Numbered from the stretch's first letter, positions 12,952 to 26,421 are shown. The stretch: DNA of 64,000 nucleotides from Paraspadella gotoi (GCA_051294375.1 JBJCIZ010000239.1:2431476-2495475); one strand, 5' to 3'. The notes: generated by a model from the letters alone, not told the origin. Made by a program: numbers and translations.

Positions 12952-15016
12952 ATGGCTAAAATTAACTCTCTGATTAAACTTTTTGAAGGATGCCAAACCA
13001 GAAATTATGTCAGAGCTACAATTCTATCCCAGAACCAGTCTAGTTTTCTTCCGACTCGACCCTCGAATCAAAGATGCGCTTCTGTACATACATTACCTGA
13101 AACCCTTGGTAATAACTGGTTTAGTGGAGTCAAGATTCGATCGAGTCTTCACTGATTTTATTCATTCAGTAAATGGCGCTGTCCGTCAATTTTTTTTTTT
13201 TTTTTTTTTTTGCCGAGTCTGACTTAATAAATATTTCGATTTGAAGTCAGCTACATTTAGTTAGTCATTAGGCAAAATTTTACTTTCACCAATCGGGGTT
13301 TTGGCGTTTTTTGAAAAGAAAAAAAAAACACTTAAAAATACTTATTAAAAAAAATTAATACAAATTAATTACCCTAACCACCCTGAAGCCTAACACCGGT
13401 CGGCGAAATTAAAATTAACCCATCGACATTTTCTTGTTAATTGGTTTTTTATTAGCTGCTCGAGTTCCTGATCCGCAAAAACGTCTGAACCGTCCTTCTC
13501 TGGTTGGACCTAAGTTGCTCGATCGAATCGGAAACCCAATTTGGCGATTGAGACAAGGTGATTTGGTTGTTTTTTTTGTTTTTTTTTGGGGGGGGGAGAG
13601 GGGGGCTCTTGGATCAATTTGGCTTATCCCGCCATGGTTGCTGCGCGCGTTCACGATTGCCTGTACTTAATGTCTCAAGAAGGGGGAGACAGGTTGTTGG
13701 GTCCGGAGGCAGAGCTGGATCTTAATCTGGAGGTCTCTCTCCACAAGCTTTCTCTGTGGGGCGTGCCGGTTGCTCGTTAAGAAAGATAAAGAAGAGAGAG
13801 GAGCATGAGGAGAAATGAAAACACTTTATCTCCTCAAAGGTATTATTAAAGTTAGTCATTGTCTATTTTTTTTACCGTAACACAGACACGGCTGAGAATC
13901 GATGCGATCACGATTTATTGAAGCCATTGCCTCGATACGACGTTCGCAATCGTATAGTTTTCCCGCCTATCGAAGAGACTAAAAAGTTCTACGAAAGTCG
14001 GGGGGAGGCCTGTCCTAGGATTCAACCGGCATTTGTTTGCCACTCCAGGCGCCAAATCCAGGTAAAGTGCTATGGGCGAAATTCATATCAAGTTTTGCTT
14101 ATGAAATTGACATATTTAGATATTCTTTATCTATGATTGTTTTCTTTTTTTGGCCATTTTTGTTAAATACGTTATATTATCATTATAAACAAAACTTTTG
14201 GTTAAGATATAACAGCCGGGTTGCCTGTGATGCACATGTTGGCTTTTGGGGCTTCCGACCCTAAGTGACGCCTCCTGTCACAGTCGCGGTTACTCTAGGA
14301 CGGTCTCGCTTTGCCAACGCAGAGGGAAGTCGTTTGGACTGTTGTTAGAACGCACGGTGCGGTTTGAATATACCGCCACAAACATACATTTTGATAGATT
14401 GCTTTTTTTCCAGGATGATCCAAATCTGTCTAATCTAAACCTATAAACAATTCACGAATTAATTATAATAATTATAATAAGGTCTTCACACCGATCAGGT
14501 GAAGCCGTTTCATTTGCGTTACATAGCGCTTTTGGTTAGCGGGTTGAGCGTGGACGAAGCGCTCTCGCAACTGGAATTTCATCCGGTGAAAGCAGCGGAA
14601 GAAGTCAAAGAGACGATTGAGGAGGCCGTCGAAATGGCCACGCTCGAACACGGATTAGAATTCAGGTCTGGTCATAATTATTATAAATTGTGAGAAAGTC
14701 CTTTCTCTAGCACTTGAGTTCGGATATTTTGGTTCCCTCTAGGTCCAACATGTACGTCGCCCTCGCTCAAGTATACCCAGGAAAGAAGGCCTGGGCGATT
14801 AAGAAGAAAGCCAAGGGAAAAATGAAGAGACTTCATTTCGACTACTGCGATTTAGGCATCATGCTGGTCGAAGGGAAACCCCCACCCGATTTCCTACCTC
14901 ACGACCCCGCGGATACGCGAAAGAAATTTGAAAATCGACTCCAGGAATTGCGAAGTCGGAAGATCCATTGGGATCTCAAATGGAACCGTGTAGACTGTTC
15001 AATGAAACAATCATAA
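12952..15016 (+). CDS. MRPL22: Mitochondrial ribosomal protein uL22m, 5 exons
   Basis: Presequence-like exon 1 (12952-13108), further exons starting at 13456, 13886, 14499 and 14743. Motifs RNRIVFPP..PAFVCHSRRQIQ, GLSVDEALSQLEF, EFRSNMYV, LVEGKPPP. Confidence 0.9.
13276..13416. mobile_element. MITE family A, copy 2 (141 bp, in MRPL22 intron 1)
   Basis: Ends AATTTTACTTTCACCAATCGG / CCGGTCGGCGAAATTAAAATT. Same length and interior layout (A-rich, then CCCTAA-like) as 8761-8900. Confidence 0.75.
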
Positions 15017-15102
15017 TTGAAAAAAAAAACGTTGATTTTTTTTTTCATTGTTTCACCATCGTTTTTGTTTTGCCACGAAAGGGTTTCGCAATATAAATAA
15101 TA

Positions 15103-17911
15103 ATGGCATTGTCGCTGGGGAAACGCGTGATCGGACCTAAATGGAGCTCGGTCGGACCAAAAGCCGTTTCGGTGAGAAACTGTTACGTCGACGGCGGACT
15201 TTATCACTTGGACGAAGGCAACGCGAAACGCAAACGCGATCCCAACGACCCGCGCCGCGCTAAGATTCCCGAAGGGCCGAAACTCGGAGCGACGAGAAAT
15301 GACCGCATTCCTTGGACTTACGGAAACTACAATCCTCATTATCACATCTTTAGAAAGATGTGGAACGAACCTTCTTTATTAAGGCGTCGATTCGAGCCTT
15401 CCGAGAGCAAAGAAATTGAGAAAAAAACATCCGTGGATGTGATCAAAGGTATAAAAAAAAAAAAATTGTACCAATTTTATAATACTGCAATTACCTAGCT
15501 TATGTTTTACTCCTATTTTTTTTTTTTAAGTCCCCCTTCGAAAGAAACGAGGTCCGACGGCTGTGCTGGACGCCTTATCCTCCACCGTACGGTTGGATGC
15601 CGTGGCCTTGCCACCCAACCTCGTCGACGATCCTTTCCTCCTTCCCGCCAACCCGAAGGATTTTCATTTGTTCCGTCGGTCTCGCGCCATGGGTCCGTTG
15701 AGCGATTTGATTTCAAAATAGATTCGGTCGTTCGATCTCATTCATACGGGACCAATTTATATTCTCTTTATTTCAAAGATTCGATATGGTTCCTTTTACT
15801 GAATAATAACGTTTCTCATTGTCTCACAGGTCGTCGCCTGGCTCGTCGCATCGCCGAGGATTTCCCGTATTATTTCGACTACGACTTTTTTCGTCCGGAT
15901 CCCGCGATTCCCTCCTTGGAGCGAGGAAAGGATTGGACGTTCGAGGAAGGAGTTCACGGTTTCGACGAGACCATCGACGAGAGGATCCGAGCGGGAAGGT
16001 AGGCGGATCGAGACGCGCACTGTGATAGTTAGTTACCTTAGTTACCCCTTGCTAACTATTATAGCTAAAGGAATAAAACTCAACGCATCTCGTAAACTGC
16101 GAAAAACTGTATGTTAGACACCTCACATATATCAATTAGCTTTTTACAGTATAAAATTTTGATGCTCCGTTGTAAACAAAAGCGAAATTTCAAATCGTTT
16201 TTAATTTCTTCAGATTTGATCTCGCTTTTTCTCTGTACGAACGTTTTCCCGATAAACGTCAGGAGATATCGGACGAAGTCTTGAGTAAGCTCATGATAAT
16301 TGCCTCCTTCAAAAATTACTCTACGTCACAAGGTGTTGATTCTCTCCGACCTTCCGAAAATATGGAACCGGAAGAAGTAGCGAGCCTACGAGACCGGAAC
16401 CTTTATATGAGTAAGAAGAAATATTCTAAAATTACTACGTATTTAATAAATTAGACTATAAAAATCACTTTCGCTCGACAGGAGAGAGCGATTCACGGAA
16501 CAACGATTGGGCCGAGGATGGAATGGCCGAGGACATCTGGCGGCGAATTCCGAAGACGGACGAGTTGCATTGCGCTTACATCAAAGCCTTGTTGAAGCAC
16601 GGAAACGTTCAAAGAGCCTGGGCACATTTCAACGCGTTGATCGAAGAGAAGAAACCGATCGATTTAACGACCTTCAATGAACTTCTCAAGCATCACCACG
16701 AGATCGAGACGGACGGCGGCGCCGAGGAACCAATTTGCTTGAGGATCTTTCGCGCTATTCATAATCGAGGCATAAAGCCCAGCCTCGAAACATTCAACGC
16801 GGCTCTGCGAGGTTTGTGGCACCCCAAGTTTGATAACAGGTTCGATCTCATCGATAACATACTGGTGGAGATGATCGAACTCGGAATCCGTCCATCCCTC
16901 GGCACTCTCGGTCTTGTTCTGAAAGGGTGGCGCTTTTCCCCGAATGTAGTTTCCAAAGTGAAGTGGGCGGTCCGCTTGGTCGAAGGAGATCGTCTTCCAT
17001 TTCACGACGAGGACGACTTGTTCTTTTTTCCTCAAGCCATGTCGGCGATTCGTTATACCCGTTCCGAGGATCCAGATCGCCTCGACCTGGCTCATCGTCT
17101 CTTCGCTCTCGCCACGCGATCGGACAACCTGGAAAAGTTTTTCCATAACCAAGACGTTTGGAATTCCTTCTTCAACGGTTATTTGTTTTTCGTTCTCGAC
17201 CACGGAACGTTGGACGAAGTCTACGAAATTTACCGAATCTTCGTTCCTCATTACACCCTTTGGTCCCAGAATGTTTGGGGAGCTTTCCTCGAAAAGTTGA
17301 AATTCTTGGTTCCCATTCCGACTGGATTTTTGGCGCGAATAAGCAACGATCTCTCATCGTCTTTTTGCCACAGAGACGCGACAGTCAACGAAAAGTTTTC
17401 TCACTTTTTGCTCAACCCTTCGGCAGACGAGGCTGATAAGAAGGCTTTAGCCGTCATTGCTCTCGCCTTTTTCCGTGGCACAGTTAATTTGGCGGAGAGT
17501 CGATCCCGGAGATTAGCCAAAGAGATCATATTGCTTGGACCCGAGAATGCTCATTCTCAGTGGATCAAGCTCGTTAACGGACCCACCTACAACAACATCC
17601 TGCTCTCCCTTTGCGCCGGCGCCGATTTGAAAGGCGCCGTCCAAGTTTTCTATCACTACCTCTTTAATAGAAACAAAGTCTTGGGCGCACCGCCGGTGGA
17701 TGGCGCTTTCGCTCTGATGCGACACGTGGCGGAATCGCCGCAATCCTTGCGAAATCGGAAGGAAATCATGGTGGAAGCGATGAAAATGTTCGACGACATC
17801 GGCGCCAAGAAAGAGCTACTGGAAACGATGGAACTCTTGAAAGAACATTTATCTCTAGACACGGAGAGTGCCGTGCTCGTTGCTCAGTTGGAAGGGCAGT
17901 TGAGAAAATAG
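15103..17911 (+). CDS. PTCD3: Pentatricopeptide-repeat mitoribosomal protein mS39, 5 exons
   Basis: Exon 2 reads PLRKKRGPTAVLDALSSTVRLDAVALPPNLVDDPFLLP, matching the PTCD3 N-terminal signature. PPR repeats follow (HCAYIKALLKHG.., KPSLETFNAAL.., GIRPSLGT). Confidence 0.88.
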
Positions 17912-17962
17912 CTCTTTTGTTGTCGATTTGTTTTTTGTTTATGATTGCTACACTTAGTAGAT

Positions 17963-18325
17963 ATGGAAGAACCAACTATGACCGACGATATTCCTCTCAA
18001 GGCCGCTTTGCACTACGCCGTCGGGAAAACCTGCGAAAATTACGCCAGAGACACCGACGAAGTCGCTTTCGACAAAAAATTCGTGAGCGCTTTATCCGTG
18101 GCCGCCTCGCATCTGATTCGTTCTTACGCTCGCGACTTGGAGGCGTTTTCTCGTCACGCCAAACGACAAACGGCGAACGTGGACGACGCCAAACTTTTAA
18201 CTCGTCACAACGCCGACCTAGAATTATTTTTAGACGCCAAGGCTCGTCAGTTGACGTCCGCTAAAACTGTCAAGAGAAAAACTGTCGTTCAGGCCGGCGA
18301 CGCCGGAAAAAAGTTAAAACGTTGA
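17963..18325 (+). CDS. CENPS: Centromere protein S / MHF1 (histone fold), intronless
   Basis: LKAALHYAVGKTCE...ARDLEAFSRHAKRQTANVDDAKLLTR is the CENP-S histone-fold signature. Confidence 0.93.
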   Translation: MEEPTMTDDIPLKAALHYAVGKTCENYARDTDEVAFDKKFVSALSVAASHLIRSYARDLEAFSRHAKRQTANVDDAKLLTRHNADLELFLDAKARQLTSAKTVKRKTVVQAGDAGKKLKR

Positions 18326-18447
18326 AATGCCCCGTTTCCCCTCTCCGAGATATTTTAGTTTATTACAATTTTAGTTACAAATTGTGATATTTTCAGAACG
18401 CATAATAGTCTACAAATTTCTCTTGGCCAAAAAAAAAAAATAATAAA

Positions 18448-19876
18448 ATGTCGCGTAAATGTCCGAACTGCGACGCCGTGGACTCCATGGAGACGGACTC
18501 GATCGGCACGGAGGATCTCGCTCTGTGCACCAACTGCGGCTTCACGGAGAAGGCTCAGGGATCGCAGTTCGTCGCTCCGGACAAGAACGAGGAGAGGGGA
18601 GAGTTTCAACGCGACGGGCTCGTCGTCAAATTCGACAAGGATCGGAAACTGTACAGCGGAAGAACCAAGACCGATCACAAAAAAAGAAAATTTTTTATGG
18701 GTAAAGTAAATATTTCCTAGTTTTTACTCACCATTGTGATTAATTTATCTCTAAGTACCAGCAAATAGTTTAGCAACTAGATAATTTGTTACGTAACTCG
18801 TTGTGTCAATGGCAAAATAACCATTGGCTTATATCACGTCAGTTGGTGGTTAAAAGCGTTTAAACAAGCCCCAGAGATGGATGATTTAAAAATCAAACTT
18901 CGTAAAATAATAACAAACATTGGTATTTATTTCAGAATCCGCGGACCGACTCGGTCTTCCCGAAGCATCGAGAGCGCGCGTCGTAGAAGTCTACGACACG
19001 GCCTCCGTCCGCGTCTCGCGAAAGACTGCCTCCTTCACGCTCGCCTGCCTATTCGTCGCCTGCGAGAGAATCGGACTCCGCGTTTCGCTCAAAGAATTTT
19101 GCCGCAAACTCGAGTGCGACAAAAGAGCAATCACCAAAGCGAGGACGGCCGTCTGCGAGTGCCTCGACGACTCCCCTTCCCCCCTCAATTCCGCCGCCAC
19201 TCGCGATTCCGAGAGCCTCCAAAACGCCTCCGCCTCCGCCGAATCTCTCGTCGTCCAACGCCTCAACGAAAACCGCCTTCCTTTTCACTACGAGAAAAAA
19301 CTGACTCGGCTGATGTCTCTCGTTCGGAAGGCCTGGGTCTCCTCGGGCAAGAGCGAGGAGGGCTATCTTTGGCCTTGTCTCTTCGTACTGTTAGAGGCCA
19401 ACGCGCCGTGCGCCAAATCGCGACCCAAGTCGCGCGTCAAATCCGTTTTCATGGATCGATACGGCGTCCATCAGCGCATGCACCAACGGACCTTCTGTTT
19501 GCACGTTCAAGAGGTCGAAGAGTTTTTGAAGCGAATGACTTCTTACGTGCCGTGGCTGTCGGCGGATCTCAAGGGATCCATTCTGGGAATCAACAAGTCG
19601 TTGGATTGGATGCTGAACAACGCGGATTATCTGGAAGGGGTCATCGAGGACGCTAATCGTCGGAGCGACGACGCGGTTTCCGAATTTCGTCCGCCCGCGA
19701 TGGACGCGGAGAGAAAGAACGCGGTCGTCGCGGAAGACGTGCCCGACGTCAGGGTTCCGGAGGGAGAATTGGGAGAGGAGGACATCAAGGAGGACGATTT
19801 CCATCAGTACATCAAAAGTCCGAAAGAAGTGCGGAACCTTATTGAATTAAAGACGCGGTTTAAATCTTCGTCCTGA
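18448..19876 (+). CDS. BRF2: TFIIB-related factor 2 (Pol III TFIIIB subunit), 2 exons
   Basis: N-terminal Zn ribbon (CPNC..CTNCG), intron 18701-18935, cyclin fold (ACLFVACERIGLRVSLKEF), and BRF2-type C-terminus (PPAM..EEDIKEDDFHQYIKSPKEV). Confidence 0.8.
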
Positions 19877-19962
19877 CGGGGGCCTTTTTTGTTTTGATGA
19901 CTTGTGAACGCTGGTTAATTTTTTTTTTTTCCGTGAACGCCGTGACGTTTTACTGTTTTAAT

Positions 19963-20114
19963 ACAAAGTTTGAAGAGAGATTTAACGACGATTTTTATTT
20001 CATGGTGAAAGGGACGTGTTTCGACTCACGTACGAGTCTTCTTAGTCTGAGTCGAAAACATGTCCGTTTCACTATGAAATAAAAATCGTTGTTAAATATC
20101 TCTTCAAACTTTGT
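19963..20114 (+). repeat. Long foldback (about 66-bp arms, 19-nt loop) downstream of BRF2
   Basis: 19963-20028 pairs with 20048-20114, with 5 substitutions (3 are G.U on the + strand) and 1 bulge. AATAAA at 20078-20083 lies in the 3' arm. Confidence 0.92.
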
Positions 20115-20441
20115 TCTAAATCAAATCACAACGAAACAGAAAGGAAAAAACACAATACTTTTTAATTTAATTTATTTCTAAAAAAAAAAACAAAAAAATA
20201 CTCCTGGCGCCACATGAGTTTTCTAACGGGGGGCATCTTATATTATTATTTATTGTTGACCTTATGTTTAGTGGTAGAATGCTCGCATTGTTCTTTTGGC
20301 TGTTCTACTTGATAATGTTTATGAATTAATAAAGAGAAGCAATAGTGGTTAATAACATTATTTATTGTATTGCTAACCCATCATTATTAATATTACACAA
20401 GATACATGATGGTTATTATATTATAAGTGGCAAGCTAAGAA

Positions 20442-20486
20442 AAGGGCATAGTGGTTCAAACCGACCCTGAAATCCTAGCTGATTAA
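20442..20486 (+). repeat. Dispersed repeat family B, copy 1
   Basis: AAGGGCATAGTGGTTCAAACCGACCCTGAAATCCTAGCTGATTAA matches the reverse complement of 52881-52926. Confidence 0.8.
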
Positions 20487-21029
20487 TAGCTAGGCCTTTG
20501 ACAATAACAATCTTCTATCAAACATGAGCCAGTCTCCCAGAACAAGAAAAATACTTCCATTTATAAAGCGACAATACTACTATGAAATATTTGAATAATA
20601 ATTGGAAAACTAAAACATTATTAAAACCTATTAAAACTATTGCTAAAACCGTAAAATAAGACTATTATGAAAACTGTATCAAAAGATATGAGAAATGGTC
20701 TAAACTACTACAATATGTAAATGAGATTGAAGAACTCAATCTCATTTGAAATGAACCACAAATTATTCTGCTACAGTTTCACTAGTTCGAATATCAAAAT
20801 AAGAAAATTTGCGGTTTGTTTGAGCCATAAACTCAGCGGATAAATTTTATTTTTCAAGTTTTGTATTCGCTTTGATTAAAACAACCAGTTTTAAAATTAG
20901 TATCTGTCTTTCGAGCAAATAAAAAAAATATTTAATTTTTTAAATTTCTATAATTATCCCGATGTTGCCCCGATGTTACTAAATTTCTCGCCGCGTCATT
21001 TATATTTCCAAAACGCAGTTAATTCGATT

Positions 21030-22867
<1,838 letters not shown>

Positions 22868-23049
22868 ATTTTTCTCCCCCCCCCTCCCCCCCATATTGCG
22901 TTCCGTTCTATTCGTTGTCACCTTTGTGTTTTCTCTCCTTTTTTTTTCTTTTTTTTTTACGTTGTTGGGTGAACCGACCCTTTTGAAAGCCTTTACTTTT
23001 TTTTTTCATTTAGCGAATTTCAGCGAATGAAATTCTATATCAGTGAAAA

Positions 23050-26000
23050 ATGGAGGCAGAGATGAGCGTGGGCGACGTGATGGCGTTGGGCGGAAAGGAA
23101 GAAGAGATGGAGTGGCTTCGAGGGATCGACGAAGACACGGAAGAGATGGAGACGGGGGAAGAGGACGGAAAAGAGTTGAGGTTGGACGAAGTGAAAAACT
23201 TCGTTGAGAAACTTGGACTCGACAAAAAGGGAGAAAAGGGGAAGACTAAAAAGATTAAGAAGGATGGAAAGACGGTGATCAAAAAGGAGGGAGAAAAGAA
23301 GACGCAAAAAGAAGATTCTCGGATGAAAATATCGATGGATAAAAAGTCGCCGGAATCTCGGCTAGAAAAGACTCCTAATTCTAAACGAAAAAAGACCGCG
23401 CTCGATCGTTCCAACGAGACGATTCGGTCAAACGCATTGGGAGAACAGACACCCGCTTCGAAAAATAAAAATGACAAAAAGGCGAAGAAAAAAAACACGA
23501 CGCCGAAAAAAGACGGGACGAGCGAGTCTCCAAATACGTTTTCCGTTTCGACTGTAGCTCGTTGGATAAGTAGTCACAAAGTTCGTCGTCACCCCATGAT
23601 CCAACCCGGAGGTCGTTGGTTCGATCAAACTCCCGAGGATCCCCTCGTCTCCGCCGATGACGATCTTCCCTCGCGAGACTGCTTCGAAAAAATACAAGAA
23701 TTCGCTTCCACGTTGTTGAAGGGCGAATCCGCCAGTTATCAGCAGAGGAAAAACTCTTTCATGAAGGGGGACATGGCCTTCATAGGCAAGGTGATCAATA
23801 CGGGAGTCTTGAAGGACAAAACCGCGGCGCAAACGTTGTTGATCCAAGAGTCTCCCGTTCACACTCTCGATAATCTCGACGCTCTGGTTGGCATCGTGAA
23901 AAAGAAGGGACGACGAGAGGCTCTGATGGCGATGTCGACGCTCAAGGATCTCTTCGTCGCGGATTTGATTCCGCCCGACAGAAAATTGGTTCAGATGGAA
24001 CGACGACCCTTGACCAAACTAGACCGGATCGTGAGCGGCAACGTTGACGCGAGAGAAAAACGTCTCGTCCTTTGGAAATTCGAAGACGAATTAAAGAGGA
24101 GGTTTCTCGATTACGTCAAAGCGATCGATGTTTTGTTGAAGGACACTCTCGAGGAAAGCAGAAAACAGGCACTGAGCGTTAACTTTGATCTTCTCTGCAA
24201 CACTCCCGAGCAGGAGACCACGTTGCTGGAAATGCTGGTTAACAAATTGGGCGATCCCAGTTATAAAGTGGCCTCCAAAGTCGTTCACCTCTTGAACAAA
24301 CTCATTCAAGAGCATCCGGACATGGATTCGATCGTAGTGAAGAGGGTCGAAGTTCTCCTTTTCCGTCCCAACGTCAAGCAAAAAGCACAATATTATTCCC
24401 TTTGTTTTCTCAACGGCCTCGTTCTGAGCAAGCGGAAATCCGCACTGGCCCAGTCTTTGATCTCGATTTACTTTTGTTGTTTCAATCGCTACGTCAAAGC
24501 CGGGGAAGTCAACTCCAAGATGTTAACCGCCCTGCTGTTGGGCGTTAATCGCGCCTTTCCCTTTTGCGAAAACTTGGATGCCGAGATCGAGACTCACCTT
24601 CAAACCATCTTTCGCGTTGTTCACACCGCACATTTTAACGTTTCGGTTCAGGCTCTTATGTTGCTCTTTCAAATCGTCGGGACGCGGGAAGAAATTCAAG
24701 ATCGATTCTACCGCGCCCTCTACGTTAAGCTCTTTGACGCAGAGCTGGAGCGGAGCGCTTATCAAGCGATGTTCCTCAATCTCGTCTACAAGTCGTTGAT
24801 GAGGGACGAAGCGGAGAAGAGAGTCAAGGCTTTCGTCAAACGGTTGCTGCAGATCGCCAATCAACATTCGCCTCCCTTCATTTGCGGGTGTCTCCTGGTT
24901 CTGGGACGGGTATTGAAGAAGCACGGCTCGATTTTGTCCGCTGCAAAGTTCCGATCGGCCAAGGACGCGATGGCTGCCGAGGAATCGGAGAGCGACGAAG
25001 AACACTTTGTCGATATTGAAGACGAGACGGATGGAACGGCTCTGCCTAAAAAATCATCAAACGCGGAAAAGGCGTCTTGGCTTCATCGTAAAAATTACGC
25101 GGATTCAAAGATTGGATCCGTGGGAAAGTCCTACGACCCCATTAATCGCAATCCGCTCTACTGCGGCGCGGAGCACGCCCTCGTCTTTGAATTAAACCGA
25201 CTGGCGCATCATTTTCACCCTTCCGTCTCGTTGTTCGCTCGAGAAATATTGACTGAAAACGATTTGGAATACAAAGGCGATCCTCTGACGGACTTTTCGT
25301 TGTCTCGCTTCCTAGAGAGATTCGTCTACAAAAATCCCAAGACGATCGCGACTCTGGACAAAAACCGGTGGGCGGCCGTGCAGAGTCGACGGAAACGCGA
25401 GGAGCCCGAAGGTGTCAAGCGCCTCGCCGTCAACAGCGAGGAATATCTTCGACTCGCCGACGAGGAAATTCCCGTCGACGAGAGATTCTTTCGTCAGTTT
25501 TTCAGTCAAAAACAAAGTCTCGCCGAAATGAAGAAGAAAGTCAAAGACGAAGAGTTGGACGACGTCGACGACGACGAGTTCGACGAGTTCCTTTCCGAAC
25601 ATCACAAGAACATCGACGAACACGAAGCGGATTTCGCCTCTGAAGCGGTCAGGGTCGGCGCTGCTAAGGCCGGGGCGAAGAAGAGAAAACGAGGTGATGA
25701 TGATGACGAAGAGGACGACGGCGACGACGACGAAGTCATGGACGACGAAGACTTCGACGACGACGACGACGACGACGATCTGGAATTCAACGACGACGAA
25801 TTGAAGGAAATGGACGAGGCGGTGGAGAGCACTATGGACGCCGAGTTGGACGCAGTTTTGAAAGGAGAGCGCGTCGAATCCGAGGCTGGATCTGAGGATG
25901 GATCCGATAATGACGATGATTTGAACGAAGAGCAAATATCCTTTTCGGATTCTGGAGATGAATTGGAGACGAAGGACGATGATAACGAGATTGAAACATC

Positions 26001-26421
26001 CAAGCCGAAGAAAAAATCCAAGACATTAAAGTCTTACTCTTGGGACGACGACGATGGCGACGACGACGACGACAACTACCCATTCGGAAAATCGTCCTCT
26101 TCGGTCGGCAAAAAATTCCACAAATCTAAATCAAAGGACGATCTCGCCGACCTATTTGCCGACGCCGAAGAGTTCAGCTACCTCCTCGACGAAAACGTCG
26201 ACGACACGCGCAAAGGCGGCAAGGGCGGAAAAGCTTTTGACATGCTCGGCGCGGGCGCGCTTAGCAATAAGGACAAGGCCAGCGTTAAGCAGTTACAATG
26301 GGAAGTGAAGCGAGATCAGTGGGTCCGCGGGGAAGATTGGCGTGGAAGAAAAAAAGGAGCCCAGTCGGGAAAGATGGTGAAAAAGAGAAGAGAAGTTAAG
26401 AGGATTAAGAAGGGAGACTGA
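23050..26421 (+). CDS. CEBPZ: CCAAT/enhancer-binding protein zeta / Noc1-Mak21 ribosome biogenesis factor, intronless
   Basis: 1123-aa ORF with LVNKLGDP, YDPINRNPLYCGA, HFHPSVSLFA and YKGDPLTDFSLSRFLERFVYKNPK (CBF/Mak21 motifs), plus an acidic tail. Confidence 0.95.
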   Translation: MEAEMSVGDVMALGGKEEEMEWLRGIDEDTEEMETGEEDGKELRLDEVKNFVEKLGLDKKGEKGKTKKIKKDGKTVIKKEGEKKTQKEDSRMKISMDKKSPESRLEKTPNSKRKKTALDRSNETIRSNALGEQTPASKNKNDKKAKKKNTTPKKDGTSESPNTFSVSTVARWISSHKVRRHPMIQPGGRWFDQTPEDPLVSADDDLPSRDCFEKIQEFASTLLKGESASYQQRKNSFMKGDMAFIGKVINTGVLKDKTAAQTLLIQESPVHTLDNLDALVGIVKKKGRREALMAMSTLKDLFVADLIPPDRKLVQMERRPLTKLDRIVSGNVDAREKRLVLWKFEDELKRRFLDYVKAIDVLLKDTLEESRKQALSVNFDLLCNTPEQETTLLEMLVNKLGDPSYKVASKVVHLLNKLIQEHPDMDSIVVKRVEVLLFRPNVKQKAQYYSLCFLNGLVLSKRKSALAQSLISIYFCCFNRYVKAGEVNSKMLTALLLGVNRAFPFCENLDAEIETHLQTIFRVVHTAHFNVSVQALMLLFQIVGTREEIQDRFYRALYVKLFDAELERSAYQAMFLNLVYKSLMRDEAEKRVKAFVKRLLQIANQHSPPFICGCLLVLGRVLKKHGSILSAAKFRSAKDAMAAEESESDEEHFVDIEDETDGTALPKKSSNAEKASWLHRKNYADSKIGSVGKSYDPINRNPLYCGAEHALVFELNRLAHHFHPSVSLFAREILTENDLEYKGDPLTDFSLSRFLERFVYKNPKTIATLDKNRWAAVQSRRKREEPEGVKRLAVNSEEYLRLADEEIPVDERFFRQFFSQKQSLAEMKKKVKDEELDDVDDDEFDEFLSEHHKNIDEHEADFASEAVRVGAAKAGAKKRKRGDDDDEEDDGDDDEVMDDEDFDDDDDDDDLEFNDDELKEMDEAVESTMDAELDAVLKGERVESEAGSEDGSDNDDDLNEEQISFSDSGDELETKDDDNEIETSKPKKKSKTLKSYSWDDDDGDDDDDNYPFGKSSSSVGKKFHKSKSKDDLADLFADAEEFSYLLDENVDDTRKGGKGGKAFDMLGAGALSNKDKASVKQLQWEVKRDQWVRGEDWRGRKKGAQSGKMVKKRREVKRIKKGD

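Noticed and set aside
14256-14266. ACCCTAA as a telomerase RNA template within the intronic island
   Set aside because: Only 7 nt, short of the roughly 1.5 repeats expected, and no pseudoknot recognised.
25555-26075. GAC/GAT-rich repeats
   Set aside because: They encode the normal acidic tail of CEBPZ/Noc1.
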